A DNA stretch of 26,551 nt, taken from a virus. Its lineage: Duplodnaviria; Caudoviricetes. The notes beneath the pieces are model-generated. The model searched no databases and was not told the DNA's origin. It worked only from the letters and a program-made list of their open reading frames with translations. The position numbers were made by a program, and so were the translations under genes. This document shows positions 9,501 through 16,769 of this stretch, piece after piece. Where the stretch lies: the IMG/VR virus record IMGVR_UViG_3300020045_002813, positions 1 through 26,551 of that record, one strand, 5' to 3'. The stretch's first letter is position 1. Each line of letters opens with the position of its first letter.

Positions 9501-10115
9501 ATTCAGGCCAAAGCAGAATCTTTAGTTAAAGGCGGCTGGGCTACCAGCGTTGAAGAGGCTGCGAATATGTTCTTACAAGCGTTGACTAAGGACGGAGTAA
9601 CCCCATATCAGCATTATCAGCAATGGGGGGAGATGGAGAATGTGTACGGGCTGTCCAGCAGAGACTCTGCTATGTCTCCTACTCAATATGGGTCTGGCTC
9701 ATTTAACACTGCCGACTATATCCAGGCAAAAGCAACAAGCCTATTTGATAGTGGATACGCTGTTTCTATAGAATCGGCAAAAGAGGCATTCCTAACAGCT
9801 ATAGCAAAAGATAGTGTAACCCCAGAACAACACTTCGCAGCCTGGGGAGCTTCTGAGGGAATATACAGCTTCGCCACAGGCGGCAGTTTTTCTGTTGACG
9901 GACCATCAGGTATTGACAATCTAGCTATTCCTAATGTAAGATTGACAGCAGGTGAGGTAGTTAACGTGACAAGTGGAGATACCATGAAGGAACTGAAAGA
10001 GGAGCTGGCTGCTCTCAGACAGGTGATGGCAGCTATAGTTTCTAACACTGCCGTTACTGCAAAGCAACTTTCAAGATGGGATGGGGATGGTATGCCTGAT
10101 GTGAGGGTTGTATGA
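3519..10115 (+). CDS. Tail tape measure protein
   Basis: 2198 aa, Ala-rich and helical; TP901-like core ('ADIVAYSAQKSTASFSDMQVAF', 'MANHGLKGSMGATSLRTAFERL'), long coiled coils and FA.GG C-terminal motifs. Confidence 0.95.
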   Translation: MAVQVQINTQQAQQQVNALTAAFQQLRTGATGLQTGFNQLTTVNATLTAQHKNLTTTASAAAKSLTSLTTAMQNNKTTLTQNTNSLNTNTAANAKNTASIRNNQAAVASLTASFAKLTPMITALSTTIAAANAALTAQTAIITSNAGATTRAAASAGVMTQSMRSLHAAARGASGAMGSLWLTYGQTILPMVTAFAAVGSAMQIFKKGTEFEWLNTFSSSLSEGAVSAGKLNEKLLEMKGVGQTPTQLAKGFLELQKAGQSVSASLENIGTVSKYSAVAQLDLGQATEQLVTITTAFEKTSKGAAGGMLTVADTADIVAYSAQKSTASFSDMQVAFRYMTGTASTAGFSIQEVASALMVMANHGLKGSMGATSLRTAFERLINPTHKASELFKAAGGNLSAIYEDGQFQGIQSIGKELERLKNTMSARSWSEFSFQTFGMRGMQVNALVTDIANLDKNLKNIAESAGFVDRTFSQLSDTTKMKMTELAASFERAFIKAFEGEKAREVINDLNRVISDQGFATSLEHIATGAFGLTKSFVWMADKLLSLPTWVLEGGVISAFFFGMAGKLVIAGLLAAATAIDDVINKMNEAEATYKKNTEIGGEQYAKLNKQLLETETRIAAIKSQQSDTSIAGSLAGDMSGELAKELKNLDYIKSQIENYKITTKSTTADGSNSNALKSLSDFHDKKELLEEQSYIDSVKREQARTAKDIVMVNEREENKKKKAEDSHTKLMNLTSELETFNANSDNKTLGTRLENISKYENAQELFIKNSSATEAEKEKALLELHKKTTTQIQQANEEQAKKDEDKASKRLLLEEKLNSEIGLSDDIRLARKLSKLDEEYYKTVETIKKTYDAEKESYELEEAMDKAFHDNAIQRGELMTQQRIKEADAIRDFNTELREMASDAGVGGLSELDKELADIQDKFDKMLGKLKKDGVSGEEFDEAAKQAAKLRKEMEDIAKAKLGDDIFAGFIAGLKESQREAITLGKIGAELGRTFTSELATTFKDIFTGSNENKYADEMVTISEKIKQMQYESLEGGLAQLEWLRKEYDASLEGAMSGNEDMFQQYTSNLDEYLAKAKENMSPEEYAEVYAKTMDDLNKLNEEYADNTESTWERISDSFGDMADRILDKFMDMIAQMAAQDLMNIVLDSTPGVTTSGGNSTTNTITSAINSIDWSWLSDSSSSGMDSTWGDNGDYTFADGGVTGYGKLQGGSGTTDDLYLGKVNGKRVLAKGGEYIMPPEQTNKYLPMLEQMRTGAALAFADGGMTSSRRATSSGNMSLEDLISLFRQLSENGFMSVDAMRELTKTTHQVTDANSRETEVKDKSLQTTQASTQAIQSSTQVSKTHTQTTKSFAQSVEDATTKTFNSIATSKALGLAIGALASATSPVIGILGILGYNMAKDTELGKELGKAFGSLGEVVGDLVGGVVGAVAEIGSAVADMVGFAGAAQEASQSMGFAQFDYDASEFSTDYSYGYLDNSWSPGMNPDNNAHGMLGDPDIDSRDRTDDTTPGGLLGDWGGGNENDNDQDSGNAKGGWLGKYGSGWINQGNGYEDDVYLGTMGNTNSYGMGGEFVVNKRSAAKYAGLLEMVNKDYADGGTIGPSYLEASVLAGSALSQYNSQITVITDDMEDNLRDIAKITEDVIYTFITETMDDLTKEIFDLNKSYDEQVKELKDLEAAESDYALVEQARNLELNKIQEEYNKEQLETAKEMADELADMMYDIRYDLRVGTLEDFQQSIQGIWETQKETVAKLKELGASFEEIREAVSLTWRKINEELLQQAKDELTDATQVLKDAFSAEKDSITTRYEEVMKGLNEQLSLANEKVSELEGIISALDSALDTLKGSDVLQENTFRTAQADLRRRGLSGDISEGLDKTLSEAVKFSTDYYSTGADYKIALKKSVGFTENLKDLATEQLTTAEAQVATIEAQIEMEEASYNAMIASLDSQLNSLLGIETTVMSIADAIAMYNKASAAVSAVAGSGGGGTTFNTSDYIQAKAESLVKGGWATSVEEAANMFLQALTKDGVTPYQHYQQWGEMENVYGLSSRDSAMSPTQYGSGSFNTADYIQAKATSLFDSGYAVSIESAKEAFLTAIAKDSVTPEQHFAAWGASEGIYSFATGGSFSVDGPSGIDNLAIPNVRLTAGEVVNVTSGDTMKELKEELAALRQVMAAIVSNTAVTAKQLSRWDGDGMPDVRVV
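9483..9866 (+). repeat. Two ~55-aa repeats (73-aa period) in the tape measure C-terminal region
   Basis: FNTSDYIQAKAESL...LTKDGVTPYQHYQQWGEMENVY (from 9483) and FNTADYIQAKATSL...IAKDSVTPEQHFAAWGASEGIY (from 9702). Confidence 0.85.
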
Positions 10116-10697
10116 AATTACTTAGACCTACTGAAATAACTGACGCTATACTTGTGTCAACAAATGTTGCTGAGACTGAGTACGCTACTTGGTCGGCAGC
10201 AACAACGTATGACGTGGACGCAAAGGTTATTAAAAATCATGTTATTTGGGAGTCGTTACAGACTAGCAATACCAATCATGATCCTGAAGAAGCTGAATCT
10301 ACTTGGTGGGCAGAGTATTCAGCTACTAACGCTTGGAAAATGTTTGACTCTAAAGTAGGTTCGCAAACAACAAATGCAAACTCCATAGAGTTGGAACTTC
10401 TTCCTGGAAGAGTATCTGGTATAACTTTTCTCAATCTGTCAGCTACTTCTATAGACATAGTTATGACTGATCCTGAAGAAGGAGAAGTTTACAACGAGAC
10501 TATAGACCTTACTGATGATACTGTTGTTTATGACTTATACACTTACTTTTTTGAGCCTATAAGACAGACAAAAAACAAGTTCATAGCTTTACCAATCTTC
10601 TCCATTAATAATTTATGGATACTATAGAGACTTTAAAATAACAGTACAGTTTTATAATGAAAGTACGTGTGAACTTGAACTTGAAGGATTAACATAA
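10112..10697 (+). pseudogene. Tail-tip protein with a CBM5/12-like N-terminal motif; frameshifted and probably internally deleted near 10600
   Basis: The first frame (MKLLRPTEIT...WSAATTY...ATNAWKMFD...YFFEPI...LPIFS) stops at 10627. The +1 frame 10599-10697 encodes SPLIIYGYYRDFKITVQFYNESTCELELEGLT*, which resembles the usual C-terminus of this family and ends just before the next SD. Confidence 0.65.
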
Positions 10698-10709
10698 TAG
10701 AGGTAACAA

Positions 10710-12416
10710 ATGAGCATAACAGCATTACCAACACCTCCTAGTAGACAAAGACCAACAACTTTTTCGTCTGAAGGCGATACCTTCCTAGCAGCATTGCCTA
10801 CGTTTGTAACTGAAGCTAATGACCAAGCAGCAGACATAGCCAGCACAGCAGATGAAATAGATGTGAATGTAAACTCTGCTTACCTAGCAGCACAAACAGC
10901 CAACTTTAAAGGAGTCTGGTCAGACCTTACAGGGGCGTTAGCTATACCATCATCTGTCCTTCACTCAGGGTCTTATTGGATGTTACTTTCCAATTTAGCA
11001 GACGTTACTTTAAAAGAGCCAGGTGTTGATCCTGAGTGGGAGGTTATATCTATAGATACTTCTTCTACAGGTGGAAAGAAAGTATGGAGCGTTTCAACAA
11101 ATACAACGCTAACATCTGAAAGGCTAAACTTAATAACAACAACAGTTGATAATTTGTATATTTCCCTTCCGTTACCAACAAGCAGTAAAGAAGGTGGACC
11201 CCTGTATGTATTGTCAAATACTGGAGACTATAAGTTTTATGTAAAGAATTATGACGGAGATATTATAGGAGAGCTTGAACAAGGAGCTACCGCTATTATA
11301 ATGCTTGACGACTCAGCAGATAAAAAATATAGTTTTCTTAATGTAAATCTTGATCATAACTCTATTTCAACTGGAACTCCCACAGTAATAAAAACATCCA
11401 CTACAACTTATTCGTCTGCCTGTATGGTAGCTAGCAATAAAGTTTTGGTTGTTTATGTAGTAAGCACAACTATGTATGCTGTTGTTCTCACGATAAGTGG
11501 ATTAGATATATCCATAGGAGCTGAAGTTAGCCTAGCTACAGTAAATTCAAAAAAACCAGTAGTCTGTAGGGTAGAAGATAATAAAGCATTGGTTACATAC
11601 TGCGCCACTTCTACAGTCTACGCAACTGCCGGTATAATAACTGTTACTGGTACAGTACCAGCTATGGGAACCCCTATATCTATAAACTCTACAAGTTGTA
11701 CCGTTTATGATTTAATAGGTATAGACACAAACAAATTTGTTGTAGCCTATGCCGAGACTACTAGTGGCTATTGTAGAGTTATATCTATTTCAGGAGCAAC
11801 TATAACTGTTGGTACTGCCCCTACTGCCACTACTGTAGATAATGCTATTGATTTGTACCTTACAAAAATTTCAGCAAGTAAATTCTTATTCACGTTTAGT
11901 GCCACACTTTATACAAAGGTCGGAACCATAACAGACACTTCTATATCTTTAGGTTCCCAGGTAGCACTTAGCGGCAGTAGCTATTATTTTAGCTACATAG
12001 TAGTAGAGTCAGAAAGCCTTATATACTGCTGTAGTTATACTGCTCTTGCTACTGATTACTCTTCTGCTGTGTATAGAGAATTCTCCATAACTGGTACAGT
12101 TATATTGCAAACTAATACTATAACTTTACCGTCTAGCTTTTTAACTACTGGTGAGGAAGGGTTTACTAGGGTAGATCTTCAAGACGGAAGACATTTATTT
12201 GTTAAGACTTTAACTGAAGGTTTAGAGGTTTATACGGCGGCTACTAGGGGTAAAGATGTGCCTAAACATATAGGAAGTTCAAGAGTAATAGGTGTTACAA
12301 AACCGTTGTCTAATAAATATAAGTCCCTAGTAACGGTAGATACAAACACGTTTGTAGTAATGTGTGCTGCTTCGTCTCCAGCTTATGAGATGGTTTTCGT
12401 TGTAAAGGTGGGGTAA
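10710..12416 (+). CDS. Tail fibre / receptor-binding protein
   Basis: 568 aa. N-terminal 'ITALPTPPSR..PTTFSSEGDTFLAALPTFVTEAN' anchor, 'NFKGVWS' motif, and ~48-aa beta repeats (NKVLVVY / NKALVTY / NKFVVAY / SKFLFTF) suggesting a beta-propeller. Confidence 0.75.
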   Translation: MSITALPTPPSRQRPTTFSSEGDTFLAALPTFVTEANDQAADIASTADEIDVNVNSAYLAAQTANFKGVWSDLTGALAIPSSVLHSGSYWMLLSNLADVTLKEPGVDPEWEVISIDTSSTGGKKVWSVSTNTTLTSERLNLITTTVDNLYISLPLPTSSKEGGPLYVLSNTGDYKFYVKNYDGDIIGELEQGATAIIMLDDSADKKYSFLNVNLDHNSISTGTPTVIKTSTTTYSSACMVASNKVLVVYVVSTTMYAVVLTISGLDISIGAEVSLATVNSKKPVVCRVEDNKALVTYCATSTVYATAGIITVTGTVPAMGTPISINSTSCTVYDLIGIDTNKFVVAYAETTSGYCRVISISGATITVGTAPTATTVDNAIDLYLTKISASKFLFTFSATLYTKVGTITDTSISLGSQVALSGSSYYFSYIVVESESLIYCCSYTALATDYSSAVYREFSITGTVILQTNTITLPSSFLTTGEEGFTRVDLQDGRHLFVKTLTEGLEVYTAATRGKDVPKHIGSSRVIGVTKPLSNKYKSLVTVDTNTFVVMCAASSPAYEMVFVVKVG

Positions 12417-12418
12417 AT

Positions 12419-13024
12419 ATGAAGATAATTGTAGACAAGAAAACTTCAGTAGTTCTTTATGTAGGCAATTTCATACTAACTGATTCTAAAGTAGTTGGCT
12501 ATAGACTTGTAGACCCAACAACAACTTCCTCAACTGCCTATGAGATAGAAGTTGAAAGCGTTCCAGACGATATTCAACCTTTAATATACAAATACTTCGA
12601 CTCAAAATTTGTTTACGCTTCTCAAGATATAGCTAATAGTATTCTTAATAGAGAAATAGAGACTCTGTGTGATAATGTTGACTCTTTGAGAATTTCAAAA
12701 ACTTACTCAGATGTAGAAGTAGACTTCCCTGCTGGAAAGAAGTTTATTCAATTCAGAGATGAGTTTGATAGAGCTAATCTTTCTAACGTAGCCCAAGCAG
12801 CACAGTTATTGGTTATCTCTGGGCTAGGGTCAAGTATTGTCCCTTACAGAACTCTTGATAACGAGACTCAACTGCCGACAGCTCAAGAGATGCTAAGTAT
12901 TGCTGGAGAAGTTATGACTATCAAACAAGCTATAGTAACAGCAGCTTGGACACATAAAGACACGATAAGATCTCTCACATCAATAGAAGCGGTAAGAGCT
13001 TATAATATAAACGAAGGGTGGTAA
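12419..13024 (+). CDS. Tail fibre assembly/chaperone-like protein (DUF4376-like)
   Basis: 201 aa after the fibre; 'IQFRDEFDRANL', 'YRTLDNETQLPTAQEM', 'HKDTIRSLTSIEAVRAYNINEGW'. Confidence 0.6.
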   Translation: MKIIVDKKTSVVLYVGNFILTDSKVVGYRLVDPTTTSSTAYEIEVESVPDDIQPLIYKYFDSKFVYASQDIANSILNREIETLCDNVDSLRISKTYSDVEVDFPAGKKFIQFRDEFDRANLSNVAQAAQLLVISGLGSSIVPYRTLDNETQLPTAQEMLSIAGEVMTIKQAIVTAAWTHKDTIRSLTSIEAVRAYNINEGW

Positions 13025-13025
13025 C

Positions 13026-13745
13026 ATGGCTAACTTTACTTGGCCTGGATTACTTATAGGAAAGATGAAGCTGCTGGCTGGTTCTATAGCTGACAGTCTT
13101 TCCATAACGTCTAGTGATATTACAACGGCAAATATAACAACCGCAAACGTCACTACTTTAAATTCTGGTGGAGCTGTTAACAAAGTTACTTTCGACAGTA
13201 ACGGCCATATGCTGTTGAATGGATCTGCTACTGTCTGGGAAGACATATCAGAGCCTTTAAGTGGAAAGAATCTTTACTCAACTCCAGGAACTGCCGACTA
13301 TGATTGGGTAGAAGAAGCTGTTGTGTTTCAACCATCTGGTGATATAGCAAATGATGGGGATATAGTAGCTCAGAAATATCAACTCAGACATAAAACAAAG
13401 CCTGGGTCTTTATTCATGTTTCATATCCATTGGGAGCAAACAAACGCTACTGCTAGAACCTTTACTTGGAAGTACAGAAAACAAAATCAAGGAGCAGCTA
13501 AGACAACAGCCTGGAGTGATCCAATAGTGGTGTCAACTGCTAATAGTGCCTATACTTATGTTTCTGGAACTCTTAATCAAATAACTCATTTAGGTGAAAT
13601 TGACACAACTGGATTGTCTCTGTCTTCCGTTATTCAAGTTAAGCTCACAAGATCTGACGCTGTAGCTGGAAATATTCTAGCTACTTTTATCGACATGCAC
13701 TACGAGGCTGACTCGTTAGGCAGTAACCAAGAATATATCAAATAA
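13026..13745 (+). CDS. Putative virion structural/fibre protein
   Basis: 239 aa, beta-rich, 'LNGSATVWEDI' and 'FHIHW' motifs; N-terminus similar to that of the next gene. Confidence 0.5.
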   Translation: MANFTWPGLLIGKMKLLAGSIADSLSITSSDITTANITTANVTTLNSGGAVNKVTFDSNGHMLLNGSATVWEDISEPLSGKNLYSTPGTADYDWVEEAVVFQPSGDIANDGDIVAQKYQLRHKTKPGSLFMFHIHWEQTNATARTFTWKYRKQNQGAAKTTAWSDPIVVSTANSAYTYVSGTLNQITHLGEIDTTGLSLSSVIQVKLTRSDAVAGNILATFIDMHYEADSLGSNQEYIK

Positions 13746-13757
13746 GGAGATTTTAAA

Positions 13758-14225
13758 ATGGGACTTTCTTTTTCATGGCCTGGAACTATTAAAGGCGTTG
13801 TTCAAGCATTAGCAGGATCAACTTTTGTAGGTTCTATTTCTGGAGCAAGTAGCTTCACTGGTACAACTGTATCTGCCACTGGATCTATCGGGTATGCAAC
13901 TGGGGCTGGTGGTGCTGTAACTCAGATCACCAGTAAAGCAACAGGAGTTGAACTCAACAAAATTTGTGGAGCTATCACTACCCATAACGCTACTCTTAAC
14001 GCTGGCGTTGAAGTTACTTTCGCCGTAGCTAATACCACCTGTGCTGCTACTGATGTGGTAGTTGCTTGTGTAAAGTCTGGTGAGGCCACCCCAGGTTCAT
14101 ACGCTGTTGTAGCAAGTGAGCCTACCGGGACCGGCTTCAACCTAACCATAAGTAACCTCACTGCCGGAAACCTTGGAGAGGCACTGGTGATCAACTTCAT
14201 CATCATCAAGTCCGTGGCGGCATAA
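13758..14225 (+). CDS. Putative virion structural/decoration protein
   Basis: 155 aa, Gly/Ala/Thr-rich, 'GAGGAVTQITSKATGVELNKICGAITTHNATL...INFIIIK'; strong SD AAGGAG; followed by a long hairpin. Confidence 0.55.
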   Translation: MGLSFSWPGTIKGVVQALAGSTFVGSISGASSFTGTTVSATGSIGYATGAGGAVTQITSKATGVELNKICGAITTHNATLNAGVEVTFAVANTTCAATDVVVACVKSGEATPGSYAVVASEPTGTGFNLTISNLTAGNLGEALVINFIIIKSVAA

Positions 14226-14290
14226 AAGTTACTTTACATTTTTGACCGAAGAGGGTAAAGTTACTTTATAAAGTAACTTTACCCTTTTTC
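14225..14290. promoter_or_regulatory. Three AAAGTNACTTT units, two forming a 34-bp perfect palindrome that may also act as a terminator
   Basis: AAAGTTACTTT at 14225-14235; AGGGTAAAGTTACTTTATAAAGTAACTTTACCCT at 14252-14285, followed by TTTT. Confidence 0.7.
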
Positions 14291-14303
14291 ATTGGAGGTC
14301 TAT

Positions 14304-14597
14304 ATGGCTCTCGCTGTTCTTATAAATGCCCAAACCGCAGTCGTGGCTGTAGCAGGAGCTACGGCTTTCTCCCCTACAGGAGCTTTCGTAATTGATGCTT
14401 CTGGTCTTGGTCCTGAACAATATGTTCTTCTCTACAAGCTATTTTCTGACGGAGCTTATCACCCAGCTACCGATAAAAGCGGAGTGATAAAACTATCAGA
14501 CAATCCAAACAACGTTATCGTTGACGCTCCTGGAACTTACAAACTAGTCAAGCCTACAGTCACAGCGGCCGTTACTGCTGGTTGGGAAGAGATATGA
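14304..14597 (+). CDS. Small beta-rich putative virion protein
   Basis: 97 aa from ATG 14304 (SD GGAGG); ATGA-coupled to the next gene. Confidence 0.5.
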   Translation: MALAVLINAQTAVVAVAGATAFSPTGAFVIDASGLGPEQYVLLYKLFSDGAYHPATDKSGVIKLSDNPNNVIVDAPGTYKLVKPTVTAAVTAGWEEI

Positions 14598-15013
14598 GTA
14601 TTTCTAGGTTTATAACTAGAGGTGCTAGTAGGAGTATCGGATCTCACGCTGGAGGAGGTATTCCCCGCACCGGCCTTATCTTCTACGCTCCTGATGGGGT
14701 TGATAGTATCGGGCTGTCTGCCGCCGAGCTGTGGGCATCATTACCAGCCGAGCACAGGGCAATCTACCTCGTTGACGAAAACACTTTGCGAAGTGCTGAG
14801 ACTATTATCACCAACATCGAGGCGAGTGAATATCTCAATGTGTCGGGGGGATTGGTTGGCAATAGCACCATGGGTTACGCGCAGTATGCACTTGGCACTC
14901 CTGCTAGAACAATTTGCCGAGCAGCTAGGTATCTTGATGAGACATGTACCGTTGCAGAAACTGAAATGATAAACAGCCTTGAATTACTAGACACTTTTGA
15001 GGTGTATATATAA
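14594..15013 (+). CDS. Hypothetical protein, putative fibre adaptor
   Basis: 139 aa from ATG 14594; TAATG-coupled to the next gene; its C-terminus is repeated in the mini-ORF at 16673. Confidence 0.5.
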   Translation: MSISRFITRGASRSIGSHAGGGIPRTGLIFYAPDGVDSIGLSAAELWASLPAEHRAIYLVDENTLRSAETIITNIEASEYLNVSGGLVGNSTMGYAQYALGTPARTICRAARYLDETCTVAETEMINSLELLDTFEVYI

Positions 15014-16665
15014 TGGCAATCGAGACAATTACAGGCGGAGCTGGTGTGTTATGGTCAGCCATAAAAACCAAACTTAATAATATGTTTGGCGAGTTATATG
15101 CCTCAAAAGGTTTTGAATCGAGCTATCTCAGACACATCTATACAGGTGTCTCCGAACCATCAGCACAAGATTCTGTTGCTAATACATTTGGCCCAGGAGA
15201 CACGCGAGTTTACGGCGCAAGTTGCGACTATGCTGACATTGTTGCTCTATGGGATTATTTTACCAGTCTCACAATCGCGGGGTTGACAATTGCAAAGGCT
15301 AATCTCGGCACTGATGAATCAGGAACATTGCAACTTCACAGCTACACATTTACCCCAGATTATTATGACCGTACTGTGATGATTGTTTCTGGCCATCACG
15401 GAGAGGAAATCTCAAGCATGTTAGGGTTGTGGAGATTTTTTTACCGGGCGATTGGGTACACTGGGACCGATAAATCACTGCTTAAAATGCGTAACACTCG
15501 GTATGTAATTATCCCCTGCGTGAATCCTTGGGGGCTAAATAACAGTCGTGACCACAATAACGTAAACGGCGTGGATCTGGTGCAGAACTACGGTTACAAC
15601 TGGACTGATTATGTTAGTGCTACCAAGGGGTCAGCAGCTTCTTCAGAAGCTGAAACAGTTATAGTAAGAGACTTATTTTTATCAGTTTCCCCTGTCGCAG
15701 TAATTGATTGCCACGATTATGTGGGTTCCGCTGGAACCACGTTTCCCGGTTATGTTCCGTATTGGGAAATAGGAGCAGATCCTGCGCCTGTATTAGCCGC
15801 AATATCTGCACAATGTGTAACAAATGATACAACATCAATTTATGGCAGTCTCGAATCCCCTTTACTTACCTCATGGGCTGCTTCACAGGGGGCTGCGGCT
15901 TTCCTTTGTGAGTGTGGCGCACTCACAAATACCTATCTCGATGCGGACTACATGACTCGTCAGGTTGCATGGATTGGAGGGATTATAACTGCATATTCTC
16001 ATGCAGAAAAAGGCAGTGTGGTAGAAAAATCACTGGTGTTGTTTGAGGCAACGAAAGTAGCAACCAAGAGGCAATGGTCAGGTTATTTGGATTACCGCGA
16101 TTTAACCGATAGAGGTGATACGGCAATACTTGCTACTGATGCACCGATTGCCAACGAGTTAGGCAATTTCAGGTTAAAGTATCGTAGCGGCGTTACTAAA
16201 AAATTAAACATCGGTTGGGATAATACCCTTGGTAGCTATTATATCCAAGCGGTTAATACAGGTACTGGTAAACTTCCGTTGTTGTTTTCGGCATCGAAAT
16301 ATGGATTTAATAAAACCGGGCCGACTGGTTTTGCTCATTTTAAATCCCCTGGTTCAGCGTGGACTGACGGATGGCGGTTAGAGCAATCGGCAGATACAAC
16401 CTACTATGATTTAATCCATGCACTCAATACATTGTATATTGGGCATAATGGTACAGCTATAGCTCGTTTCGATGAGGATGGTTTTTATGTTATAAATGCC
16501 GGTGGCGCAGATGTTTTTACAGCAAAACGTGCCGCTCCGTTTAAGTTTTTACTGAGTGTCGTCCCAGCATATGCAAATAATGCTGCCGCGATTTCTGGTG
16601 GGCTTGTTGCCGGGAATATTTATCGGACAAACGGCGACCCAGATACGCTATGTATAGTTCATTGA
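15013..16665 (+). CDS. Tail spike/fibre with an M14-family zinc carboxypeptidase-like domain
   Basis: 550 aa. N-terminal anchor 'KLNNMFGELY'; M14 motifs GHHGEE (HxxE), NPWG, NGVDL.QN, SEAET, IDCH and FLCE; fibre-type C-terminus 'YANNAAAISGGLVAGNIYRT'. Confidence 0.75.
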   Translation: MAIETITGGAGVLWSAIKTKLNNMFGELYASKGFESSYLRHIYTGVSEPSAQDSVANTFGPGDTRVYGASCDYADIVALWDYFTSLTIAGLTIAKANLGTDESGTLQLHSYTFTPDYYDRTVMIVSGHHGEEISSMLGLWRFFYRAIGYTGTDKSLLKMRNTRYVIIPCVNPWGLNNSRDHNNVNGVDLVQNYGYNWTDYVSATKGSAASSEAETVIVRDLFLSVSPVAVIDCHDYVGSAGTTFPGYVPYWEIGADPAPVLAAISAQCVTNDTTSIYGSLESPLLTSWAASQGAAAFLCECGALTNTYLDADYMTRQVAWIGGIITAYSHAEKGSVVEKSLVLFEATKVATKRQWSGYLDYRDLTDRGDTAILATDAPIANELGNFRLKYRSGVTKKLNIGWDNTLGSYYIQAVNTGTGKLPLLFSASKYGFNKTGPTGFAHFKSPGSAWTDGWRLEQSADTTYYDLIHALNTLYIGHNGTAIARFDEDGFYVINAGGADVFTAKRAAPFKFLLSVVPAYANNAAAISGGLVAGNIYRTNGDPDTLCIVH

Positions 16666-16672
16666 TGAATGA

Positions 16673-16768
16673 ATGATACTCAACAAAGCACTAAAATATT
16701 TTAAGGTCAATACTGAGATGCTTGACGCACTTGAACTACTTGACAGCCTTGTAATAATAGGAGTGTAA
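16673..16768 (+). CDS. 31-aa mini-ORF or remnant paralogous to the C-terminus of 14594..15013
   Basis: MILNKALKYFKVNTEMLDALELLDSLVIIGV* versus ..ICRAARYL..ETEMINSLELLDTFEVYI*. Confidence 0.55.
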   Translation: MILNKALKYFKVNTEMLDALELLDSLVIIGV

Positions 16769-16769
16769 C

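Noticed and set aside
3632-10048. Many 60-110 aa antisense ORFs within the tape measure gene, and similar nested ORFs in the tail tube, ligase and SbcC genes
   Set aside because: Shadow ORFs arising from codon bias; low-complexity Ser/Leu/Phe-rich translations with no recognisable motifs.
10625-10636. Stop-codon reassignment (TAG read-through) to explain the short 171-aa gene
   Set aside because: An in-frame TAA follows two codons later and the missing C-terminus is in another frame; other genes are intact under the standard code.
2433-14285. CRISPR array or transposon ends as the source of the AAAGTNACTTT palindromes
   Set aside because: No regular repeat-spacer period, no cas or transposase gene, and no target-site duplications seen.
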